A stretch of 64,000 bases of DNA, from the NCBI RefSeq assembly GCF_006345805.1, contig NC_042997.1:159030001-159094000 (forward strand), read 5' to 3'. Both the position numbers and the translations under genes were made by a program. Below the pieces are notes generated by a model, which saw only the letters and a list, made by a program, of their open reading frames with translations, was not told where the DNA came from and ran no database searches. This stretch comes from Octopus sinensis (taxonomy: Eukaryota). Shown here in pieces: positions 53,385-64,000 of the stretch. Every line of letters begins with the position of its first letter. Positions within the stretch are counted from its first letter, which is position 1.

Positions 53385-53644
53385 GATGGGCTTCTGCATT
53401 GTTTCTCTTTCAAAAATACACTCATAAGTCATTGGTCACACATGCCTATAACAGAAAACACGTGACCATATATACATATAGGCGGAAACATGACTGTGTG
53501 GTTAAGAAACTCGCTTTTGGAACCACATGGCATTTGGTTCAGTCTCACTGCGCAGCACTTTGGTCACGTGTTTTCTGTTATAGGCATGCGTGACCAATGA
53601 CATATGAGTGTATTTTTGAAACAGAAACAATGCGGTAGCCCATC

Positions 53645-53733
<89 letters not shown>

Positions 53734-53822
53734 CGTGTGTGTGTGCGTGTGTGTGCGCGCGTGTGTGTGTGTGTCGTTGTTTATCACCTCCACCACCGCT
53801 TGATAACCGTTTGTTTACGTAT
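53187..53822. repeat. Inverted duplication of the middle of a SINE B copy (arms 53223-53468 and 53561-53822), capped by a 39-bp PLE-terminus motif and (TA)n
   Basis: The arms differ at 5 of ~135 non-microsatellite positions; 53187-53225 matches 26446-26484 at 33/39. Confidence 0.9.
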
Positions 53823-53965
53823 CTATAACTTAGCGGTTCGGCCATAGAAATCGGATTAAAAAATACCAGACCTTAAAAGCCATAAATACTGAGATCAATC
53901 TGGTCGACTAAAACCTTTCAAGTTAGTGCCCCAGCATTGCTACAGTCCAGCGGCTGAAACAAGTT
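53481..53965 (+). mobile_element. SINE family B, diverged full-length copy
   Basis: Head, central domain, (TG)n and 3' domain all recognisable. Confidence 0.8.
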
Positions 53966-54738
53966 AGCGGTTAAGATGTAAAAGTGAAAATACGTCTCAA
54001 AATAATAAATAAGATTAAAATACCAAGAATTTATAAGAAAAACTGTATGTTAGTGAATGAGCTGACATTTTGATAAATGGAAACATGACCTTTAAGATAC
54101 ACTCCTCTCTGGAAAGTTCACAGACACAAACAGGTAGCATTTCTTTGTAAACTCGCTAAACCATTGTGTAAATAGCTGAACAGCCTCTCACACAAGGAGC
54201 CAATTTTTTAAGCACAACTGGCGTTTTTACCTTTTTATATCCACTCACATAGGCACAGAAAATCCCTTTACTTAATCAAATTACACCCGCTATTTTATTC
54301 TTTATTACTTAAATTCACTTGCACATTTCATAATTGCAATTTTAATCTAAATTTCCATTTTAATTTTATATTTAATCCAGTTGTATTTTTATTTCACATC
54401 ATTTGAATTCTTAATAATCTCTACATTGCCTCCAATTATATACAAAACCATACTCTCACACCAATTATATATCTCTTACTTGAAAATAGATATTTGTATA
54501 AACAGATATGCAAAAGACTGTTTAAGGATGTAATATATGCGCAAATGTGTAGACGCGTGTATATGTATATACATAGTTTCTATGTATACGTACATACATA
54601 AGAGCTTAAAACCCTTATATGTTTAAGCAATAATTTAAGGCGCAGAAACTTATTGAGGAATTACTCTGAGATATTCAGATTCGGCTTTAGTCACCAATCT
54701 GACTAATCTTTTTCTTTTATATCATATTAGCACAAACG

Positions 54739-54879
54739 TTTCTAAACTGGGAGGTGATTTTAACAGAGACGACTCTCTTTCCATGACTACCGCCGGGTAT
54801 TCCAAACTCAGATTGGAATACCCGATGGTAGTTATGGAAAGAGAATCGTCTTTGTAAAGATGACCTCCTAATTTAGAAA
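54739..54879. repeat. 141-bp imperfect hairpin (67-bp arms, 7-nt loop)
   Basis: 54739-54805 vs 54813-54879: 57/67 complementary. Confidence 0.9.
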
Positions 54880-55753
54880 GCTCTCCATAAATTCTTTAAC
54901 AACTAAAACCGTTCTATCTCTATCGCAAATAGTACTAGACTTCTCTCTAGACATTTTAGATCATAATAAAATTGTAAATAGCCAATGGCTATGTTAAGTA
55001 TAATATTAAAAAGAATAGTGGCTTACGTAGCAATAGTTATAATCGCAATAATAACTATGATTAATTGCCAATAATGATAACAGTAATAATGATATTATAA
55101 ATAATAGGTCTGATAATAATTTTATTTATAACAATTTTAATGAGGCACATAGTATATTGTACGTTAGTCAGAAATAAGACGGCATGAAACTTCAGAATAC
55201 CAACTGATAGTTTTTTGTGGGGCTACTGTCTAAGTAATAATGTAAGAGTAAATTGTTAACACGATACTCTCCAATTCGACCAAATCTTACATTGGCCCAA
55301 CGAGCGACTCTAAACTCTGATACTTCGAACATAGTTCTGTCTCAGGCACTAAAAAGAATACAGAAATGCGGAACCTGAGAAGCCGATTAGCATGTCATTT
55401 ATATTAGAAAGAATCTCTAGATCTGTTACGTGAGAACGAAAAAACTTACTCCTTAATATGTTCTCTGATGTAACTACCTTCTGTCACCGCTGCTATTACA
55501 AAACTTTCTCCTATTTCCATAAATCGTTATGCTCTAACTGAACAAGATATGTCTCTGTGTTCAACTCCAAACCATTCTTTTCTATTATTTTCTATCTTTT
55601 TCTTTACTTTCTTTTTCTTTGTATTTCCACAAAACACTCGTCTACCGAACATCGTTTCGGGCTCGATTTTTAGCCCCCTATACATGGTTACACCCCCTTG
55701 ACCACCCTGCCTTATCTCGAACTTTATATTCTTTCCTGTTACACTTAAGTCTG

Positions 55754-56185
55754 GGATCTTTTCGGTTTGAACGGCAGTTTTTAACATAATTTCTATGTAA
55801 CTAAAAAAATTTAAACTTCGTATACTGGTAGAATGTGTTTATAAAACATCTTTTTCTCTTGGCTTTATTGAGAAAATTCTATAGTTTGTAACATATTTGT
55901 TGGTTTTTTTTTTTTTTCAATTTCTGAAATTCCAACCAATCAGTGACGTCTATTGAGGTAAAAAAAACATTCTGTGCCGTATGAATATGTCCCTCGTTTA
56001 AGAAACAGATTGGGTTTATTTACATTTCTGAAGAAAAAAATATACCTTCCCCCCACCCCTAACCCTAACTAACCCTAACCCTAAAACAGATTGAAATGCA
56101 ATAGATCGATACTAGGGTCATAATTATGAGTGACAATTTCATATGACACCGCTAGAAAAAACTGCCGTTCAAACCGAAAAGATCC
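55754..56185. mobile_element. Non-autonomous DNA transposon (MITE), 432 bp, 29-bp perfect TIRs, 8-bp TSD
   Basis: TIR ggatcttttcggtttgaacggcagttttt; TSD taagtctg at 55746-55753 and 56186-56193. GG...CC termini with an 8-bp TSD fit Merlin or MULE. Confidence 0.92.
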
Positions 56186-56765
56186 TAAGTCTGTCCTCTT
56201 TCTCGAGGAAAGCCTCGTGCATTACACATTCACACTTGATCTTTTTCCTTGCAGTTAATAGTTCACCGTTAATCTCCTATCTCGCTTTTCCTTTCCTTAT
56301 ATGTGATACATATACTTGATGCAACCACCACTATTACACAATACTTGTCTCTATATTTTGATGGAGTTTGTTTTTCTTTCTTATCCTTTTTTGTTTTCTT
56401 TTCGTCTGGTATGATTAATATTGTTTCTTTGAACTCGTCTGCCTTCCCATACCACTCATTGTTAAGCTATATAGTCGTTGTTTATAGCTTCAGGCGCTTC
56501 AGTTAATAACTTCAAGGCGCTTAGCAGAAACCAAAACTGAAGTTTGCAAATCACGCCCTAACAATTTTGATGTAAGTGATTATAAATGTGTGCGTGTGAT
56601 ATATGGTAAATATTTCTTTCACCAAATAGGCCTTCCCTGCTGTAGCAAAACCCATAAATGACCGGTGATCTACTGCTTTCTTCTTTCTTCTTTATTCGTA
56701 TATTTTGAATCTGCTGAGTTATTAAATTCGACGTACGAACTAGTGTGTGTGTGTGCGTGTGTGCG

Positions 56766-56803
<38 letters not shown>

Positions 56804-57599
56804 GTGTGTGTGTGTGTGGATATGTATGTTTGAGCATTTATAGACTACAATTCAATAAGAATGGCACATATTCGTATATGTAATTTTAAATGTACTTATA
56901 GAAAGGGATAAAGACCCTTTTTCTAGTGATGTAGACTCATAAGGCCAGGTTTCCTGTTCCCGTGATATTGTCCCCCTGGATGGGAAGCCGGTCCGTCTCA
57001 GGATTACTCACCTTTGTTAGCACTGGAAGAACGTGAAATGAAGTATTTTGTTCAAGATCACAACGCGACACTCGGTTTAGGAATCGAAACCACAGCCTTA
57101 CGATCATGAGTCCTAACCGCTAAACCACGTGCCTCCACATTATATGCTTATATGCTTGTATATTTTAGCGGTTTCGACAATTTTTGTTTTATCATTGGTT
57201 TTAAAAAAAGTCTAAGAGAGATTGAAGATTGAAAATACAAGAGAATATTCGCTAAATAATACTTGAAAATCAAATCTTCATACAAATTTCAATATTCAAT
57301 AAATTTCACAGTAATAGAAAATAATAAACGAACGTTCGATGAATTTCATCACAGTCATACATGACTGAGAGTTTAGTAGTTTCCAAAGCAATAAGTTATA
57401 TTAACAATCAGATACGAGGTAGTTTTAAAAAACTAAAAGAAATAGATGGGGAAAACGGTATTTTTTATTATTTCTGTCGTAATACATCGAGGTTGAGAAA
57501 GGGAAAGGTACAGCAGTTTGAAGTTAGGATTTCGAATCCCTGAAGGAGCCTGTTATTTCAGTTTTTGATTTAATTTTATTTTTTCTAATCGTTCTAGTT

Positions 57600-58490
57600 G
57601 AGTCCAATAAAATGGGTTTTCTCATTCCAGTGGAGTGTTATAGAGTATTTAGCTGTGGTTTATATTTCTTAATGTACTTTCCTTATTTAACTGGAATTGT
57701 GCTGAAGTGCTTCCAATGCATTGATCTAGAGGGAAAATTTGGTATTTTGGATGTTTGTTCGTGGATCACAGATCTAGATGTTTACACAAAGGAATGTTCC
57801 TAGTCGTGCAGTCTTGAATCTGTTGCCTGTGTACCATCATTCAGTCCCCCACAGCCAAGCTCGTGTGTCACCCCGCATTTGATAACATAAATTAAATCCC
57901 TCAATAGACAGGTGAAATATTTTTTTTATAGTGAGTGTTTGCCCTGACTTGAATTCATATGGCAAACTTATTGTAAGACGGTTACATGTTTTGACTATTG
58001 GGGTTGTATTTTTGGAGGGTAATTTAGCGCTAGTAAGTAGCCTTTTTGAGACTTATTTGTCTTTTGCTTTATTTATTTTGAGTGTTTTCATTCGCAGGTC
58101 GAAGAGGTATATTCTGATGGATGATGTTGTATTCCTTGGTTTATGAGTTGATACATAAGGTAAACTGTTGAGTATGTTTGGGATTGTTTTCTTGTTTTTC
58201 GTAATCCTTAGATGCCAATCGTTTTCTATTCCGCTATTGATTAAATTGACCGAGTATTGTCTTTCAAGTAGTATATATTTTATAAGTTCTTGGAGTCGTT
58301 TTCCCGGGTTTCGGGATTGAATACAATTGTGCAATGTCTTTCTTGCCAGGTTAAAAGATATATGGATTTTTGTATGTTTTAGATGGCAGGAAGAAAATAA
58401 CAGATATTGTTTTGAATCTGTTGATTTAAAGTAGATATCGGTTTCAATCTTAGTATTTCTTTTTATGATCAGCATGTCCAGATAGGGTAA
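57600..58490 (-). mobile_element. Degenerate Penelope-like element (RT thumb to GIY-YIG)
   Basis: IETDIYFKSTDSKQYLLFSSCH..HTKIHISFNLAR (ORF 58053-58475), ..LIYVIKCG, VHRQQI, IFPL, KKYKPQLN; homologous to the 26.8-28.4 kb element. Confidence 0.85.
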
Positions 58491-59350
58491 CTGATTTTGA
58501 CTATGTTACATTAGTGTGTAGTTATATGTATGTGAATGCGCGCATGTATGTGTTTATTCATATGTATACGGATATATTTAACTCTATACTTTGGGGTAAG
58601 ATTAAACAGTGTATATAAAAGCCAGTTCATACAATAATGTGTCATTTTTCTAATAATTGCGTGTACTGTTATGTTTTCCAGACACATTCTCACTTTTCAC
58701 AATTTAGCTTTATATTCCAGCTATGTCCCTTCATAGAACTTGAAATAAATTTGTCTTCTTCCAAGTACTAGATTTTCACCGCACAATTCAAAGATTTTCA
58801 CCTCCTAATTCAGATTTTCGTTATTTAGAAGACATTTTAATATATTCACTTTATCGTACAAACTCATAAAATTAATTTTATTCATCAACGTGGGAATGCG
58901 TAATTTGATTACCTACTTTCACTTCATAATGTCATTAAAATACCAACTGAACTGCAGACAACTTTTCGCTCTTGTTCAATGGCTAACACTATTTTTCCTC
59001 TTTTGTCCTAATTTGCTTTCATTCCATTTCATCCACGGTAGACTCTACTAATTTAATATTCCTGCTACTTTTAGTATTTCACCAACTTAATCTTTTATTA
59101 ACTCACCACTTAACAATATAACTTCGTTTAACTTAACTAAATATTATATATAACCTATAAATTCACTTACACTTTTTTGCCGCCAAAAACTTCCTTATTT
59201 TTCCTGAGGCCAAACATTCTGTAGAAATAATGTACATTTATGTAAGATATTTCAACACGTTAAATTTAAAACCACAGCATTTCTTAGTAATTCTGAATCA
59301 TGATTAGCGTTCATCCAAATACAAAATATAATAATCTTACATTCAAAGTA

Positions 59351-59895
59351 TTGGGTTGTCCAAAAAGTTCGTGCCGATTTTTAGAGGAAAGAAAAAGGTC
59401 AATAAATACTTGCCATAAAATTTTTAATCAACCAAATATGAACCATTTTGTTGCACAATGCATCTCCATCTTTCCTTTAACTTGAAAATACCCTCTTTCC
59501 AGAATTGAGGTGGTTTCATGGCAAATAATTCATCAAGGTATATTTTTACGTCATCCAAGGAATTGAAATTTTTACCATTAAGACTATTCTGCAGAGATCA
59601 GGAGCAATATCTGGTGGATATGGAGGGTGGGGTAACACATCCCAGCCGAGCTGCAGCAATTTTTGTCTGGTTCCCAAAGCATCAAGTGCCGAAAATTAAC
59701 TTTCTATCTTCCATTTTAAAGGGTTACAGAATTAACACGGTTATAGGAACATAAACCTTCTTCCACGAAAAGATAGCTTAAACTGTGCTTTAAATGGAGG
59801 TGTAGTCAAATCCTATTTTATGGACTCAAACATGTTCTAAAATAAGTCGAAAGGTAAGCTACTATAAATCAGCACGAACTTTCCGGACAACCCAA
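59351..59895 (-). mobile_element. Internally deleted mariner with both TIRs and TA TSD
   Basis: TIRs ttgggttgtcc..aaagttcgtgc.gattt at both ends, TA on each side; MEDRK.. fused to RQKLLQLGWDVLPHPPYPPDIAP..LQNSLNGKNF. Confidence 0.92.
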
Positions 59896-60224
59896 TATTT
59901 TCTACTTAAATTTAAGCCCATAACTGATACATATACCCTTGTGCTTTATCGAAACATGTAATTAAATGATATTTTCAAAATTTGCTCCACCTCAATGATG
60001 AACTTTCTCTCTTTCACTTTCTCCTCGTCTTTCTTTTCTACTTAACTTTTTCTTTCTCTATCCACATATGTTAGCTATTTAATGATATATTTTTTTCTAC
60101 GACTTCTGAAATATTCCACTATCAATGAAAAAATTCCTGATTTTGAAATTTACTTACAAATAGAGATATCCAAGAATCTAATTTGTAACTACCTTTGTTC
60201 CTACAAACACGTTCTTTCTGAGGT

Positions 60225-60365
60225 GTGTATATTCTGCGGTAAGAAGCTTGCTTCCCAACTAAATGGTTCCGGGTTCAATCCCACTGCGTGGAAGCTTGGG
60301 CAAGTGTTTGTTCTATAGCCTCGTGCTGAGTGGATTCGGTAGACGGAAAGTGAAAGAAGCCCGTC

Positions 60366-60410
<45 letters not shown>

Positions 60411-60446
60411 ATATTATATATATATATATATGTATATGTATGTATG

Positions 60447-60480
<34 letters not shown>

Positions 60481-60730
60481 TGTATGTATGTATGTATGTA
60501 TGTATGTATGTATGTATGTATTAGTGTGTGTCTCTCTGTTTGTCCCCACGTCCACCATCGTTTGACAACCGATGCTGGTGTGTTCACGTACCCGTGACTT
60601 AGAGGTTCAGCAGAAGAGACTGATAGAATAAGAACCGGGCTTGCAAAGATTAAGTCCTGGGGTAGATTTATTCGACTAAAGGCGGTGCTCCATCATGGCC
60701 GCAGTCAAATGACTGAAACAAGTAAGACGA
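60225..60730 (+). mobile_element. SINE family B
   Basis: Same architecture as 21205-21625. Confidence 0.88.
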
Positions 60731-60773
60731 TAATTGAAAAAAAGAATATATACATGCACACACATGTACATAT

Positions 60774-62500
60774 ATAAAGAAATGGCAGAAATACTGCAGA
60801 AACAATATTGCTCTGTCTTCAGTGTTCCCACTGATATTGATGTGAGGGAAACGAACGAAGCTGACTCCCAACACAAAATCGCAGACATAACCTTCACTGC
60901 CACCGACATCGTAGCAGCAATAAATGAGGTCAAACATTACTCTGCTGTAGGCCCTGATAGATTTCCCGCCAGTCTCCTGAAGGAATGTAGATATCAACTT
61001 GCAGTCCCTCTGACCAACCTCTGGAGAAACTCGTTAGACGCAGGTTATATACCGAAAAAGTTTCTATCCCAGTCGGTCATCCCGGTTTTCAAACAGGGAA
61101 ACAGATCCCTCGCAGTCAACTATCGCCCAATCTCACTCACCTCCCACATCATTAAAGTGTTTGAAAGAGTGTTAAGATCAAGGATAGCTGACTTCCTGGA
61201 GACCCACAAACTCCTAAATTCAAACCAGCATGGCTTTCGCTGTGGCAGGGACTGTCTAACACAGCTCTTACACCACATTGAAGATGTACTCAAAGCCTTG
61301 GGAACAGGTTCGAACTCTGACGTCATATACCTTGACTTCAGTAAAGCGTTCGACAGGGTAGACCATAACATCCTACTATCAAAATTGGCAAATGTTGGAA
61401 TCCGTGGAAAAGTTCTACACTGGATTCAGTATTTCCTAGCGAATAGAACACAACATGTTGTAGTTGATGGAGTCCACTCAAAGCCAGCAAAAGTCACCAG
61501 CGGTGTTCCCCAGGGAACTGTTTTGGGTCCGCTACTCTTCATAATTTATGTAAACGACCTTTCCAGTGTCGTACATAACTGCAAAGTGAAAATATTCGCT
61601 GATGACACTAAGCTCCAGCAAATCGTCAATGAAGAAGCAGACCGAACTCAACTCCAGTCTGACCTATATGCTGTGAGTCAATGGGCAGACAGAAACAAAA
61701 TGCAACTGAATGAGGGAAAATTTGAGCTGATGCATTTTGGAAGAAATTCCTCACTAAAACAACCATACTCTCTTCCTTCAGGGTAACCGCTCACAGCCTC
61801 TAACAATATCAGAGACCTGGGTGTAATTGTTGATGACGATCTCAGTTGGAGTGCACACATCAACAAGAAGGTCGATACAGCTCGTAGGATGAGTTCCTGG
61901 ATCTTAAGAACTTTCCGGTCCAGAGAACAAGGTGTCATCATACCACTTTTTTCATCCTTTGTACGGCCACACCTTGAATACTGCTGCCCACTGTGGTCTC
62001 CTCACACAAGACAAAACATCTCCAGAATTGAGTCACCCCAGAGGGCTCTCACTAAACAAATTGAAGGCATGGCTACTCTCGACTATTGGGATCGCCTTAA
62101 AGCCTTGAAACTTTACTCCCTCCAGCGTCGCCGTGAGCGGTACATCATTTGTACGATGTGGAAAATATACCGCCAACTTTGCCCAAACGACCTAAACATT
62201 AGCTTCAAGGTTCATCCGAGACTTGGACCACGGGCTATACGTCCCCTGCCAAATTCAAGATCACAACATACATGTACACTGCAACATAATTTCTTTTCCT
62301 CAACAGGCCCTGCCCTATTTAACATTGTCCCGAGGGAGATCAAAGAGGAAAAGGATCCCATCAACTTCAAACAGAGTCTGGATAGATTCCTTCGAAGAAT
62401 ACCAGATAAGCCACCCATAATTGGATATAACTCACCCAACAAGAACTCACTACTTGAACAAAACTGGATACAACTCACCCAACAAGAACTCACTACTTGA
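60774..62500 (+). pseudogene. LINE reverse transcriptase; one in-frame TAA (61784-61786) and a 43-bp tandem duplication near the C-terminus
   Basis: Track ORFs 60734-61786 and 61889-62500 are in the same frame, and the intervening codons read PLTASNNIRDLGVIVD. Duplication at 62423-62465/62466-62508. Confidence 0.9.
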
Positions 62501-62613
62501 ACAAAACTTGACTTAAACAGGATTCGAATAATCCTATCAGGTGGTGCTATTAAGTTAGACATGGCCTGGACCAATCTCTGGTCGAAGCATATCTAAGTTT
62601 TATCTAAGTTTTA
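60774..62613 (+). mobile_element. 5'-truncated CR1-clade LINE with intact 3' end
   Basis: NYRPISLTS, QHGFR, YLDFSKAFD, GVPQGTVLGP, FADD, DLGV and VRPHLEYC motifs; tail (atctaagtttt)x2. Confidence 0.93.
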
Positions 62614-62703
62614 TATATGCGAGTGTGCGTTTATATATATATTTATATTTATACATACATACATACATACATACATACATACATACATACATACATACAT
62701 ACA

Positions 62704-62735
<32 letters not shown>

Positions 62736-62822
62736 CATATATACATACAATTGTATATAATAACAAATGGTAAAATTAATTAATTAAGAAGTAATCAGTA
62801 ATTTCATCAAGTAGAATTCGGC

Positions 62823-63260
62823 ATGAAAAAGACCATATATACATCCGACATCCGACAAGACGAAGTATGCAAGATTCCACTGAGTAAACATATAGAATTA
62901 TGTGGAGAAGGAAAATTCAAGATCTTCCCCTTCTACAAATGTTCAAGGGATGACCCAAAGTTTCAAAAACCAATGGAACTGCATTTTATCAAAACATTTT
63001 TACCAAAACTGAACGTTTTGAAAGAAAATCGAAGACAATATGCATGAACACTCTTTCAAATGGAACAAATTGTGAACGCTACGTAGTTAGTTCACACAGG
63101 CAGTGTACCCAACTAACGCTCCCGGAAAATACGACTGGAGAGAAATAATGTGTGTACTTGAATACTCTAGTTAGGCCCTCTCCAGACATATCATTGGAGT
63201 GAGTGTTGTACTTATTTAAGTATCATTTTTCAGCCTTCAAAATGTAATGTGTATATATAC
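62823..63260 (+). mobile_element. PLE GIY-YIG C-terminal remnant and 3' UTR
   Basis: IPLSKHIELC...FKIFPFYKC...FIKTFLPKLN parallels IPFSEHIEKC...FLIFPFYQC...FIEKYKPRLN of ORF 27933-28385. Confidence 0.75.
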
Positions 63261-63294
63261 AAATGTGTTCATAAGTATTTGATAAGTGAAGGAA

Positions 63295-63295
63295 C

Positions 63296-63333
<38 letters not shown>

Positions 63334-63352
63334 AGAAAGAAAGAAAGAAAAA

Positions 63353-63412
<60 letters not shown>
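63295..63412. repeat. (GA)n/(GAAA)n microsatellite
   Basis: Direct reading. Confidence 0.97.
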
Positions 63413-64000
63413 GTGAAAAAGTTACTTTCAAAAACTATAACAATCAAAAATGACATCTTGAATTGTAATTAAATTTCAACAAGTTGACCGCATCAATACA
63501 ATATAATTGAAAAGAAGTTTCCTTCTCTCTATCTTTACCTTTTATTTTTTCTTTTCTCTTTTCTTTTTTATCCTAGTTCCTAAAATTGACATCTTGAAAG
63601 GTCATTTAGCATCACCCACGTGTTAGTCAAAAGAGCATCCCAAAATACATGCTTTCTTGTACTCTTTCCCCCTCTCCTCTTTTCCTTCCTCTTTTCTCTT
63701 TCTCCTCTTCTAAACAAAAACAAAATAACATATGTACACACATACACACACACACATACATACATACATATATCACTTTTTCTATCTTATTTACAAACAT
63801 GTCAATTTGTATATAATGAGAGAAGAGGGGGAGAGAGAAAGAGATACTCTCGTAAACAATGACTGAATCAAAAATGACATCTTGATTTGTAATTAAATTT
63901 CAATAAGTTGACGACATCGATACAATATAATTGAAATGAAACCTCTTCATTTCTGTCGCTCTTCCTCCTTTGCCTTTCTTTCTCGTCCTTCTTCCTGTTT

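Noticed and set aside
56057-56084. True telomere or chromosome-healing site
   Set aside because: Only ~4 units, internal to a TIR/TSD-bounded MITE.

Overview
AT-rich, repeat-saturated animal intergenic/intronic DNA. The SINE families and microsatellite load look like an octopus (coleoid cephalopod) genome; this is inferred from repeat recognition, not from a search. No host protein-coding gene, rRNA, tRNA gene or CRISPR array can be supported, and most track ORFs are microsatellite or antisense artefacts. Autonomous-element remnants: R4/Dong-like LINEs (1-6.5 kb), a Tx1/L1-clade LINE (5' half at 6.7-9.7 kb, 3' part at 24.6-26.0 kb), Tc1, maT-like, two mariners, hAT, Tigger/pogo, an ancient RNase-H LINE, a young 5'-truncated CR1-clade LINE, and several Penelope-like elements (PLEs, GIY-YIG). 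Non-autonomous: four SINE-type families, MITEs and many microsatellites. The most notable structure is a PLE-linked system read directly from the sequence. (i) Several distinct minimal hammerhead-ribozyme motifs occur: one canonical, plus U3-A8, A6U and A9C core variants and one long-stem-II form. (ii) Foldback inverted duplications recur, capped by a short PLE-type terminus abutting (TA)n; some duplicate neighbouring host/SINE DNA rather than the PLE. (iii) A 2.2-kb PLE palindrome has complementary deletions in its two arms. Also seen: SINE-into-SINE nesting at fixed sites, and a SINE tail homologous to the 3' end of the CR1-clade LINE in the window. All alignments and foldings were done by eye, and many repeat boundaries are approximate.
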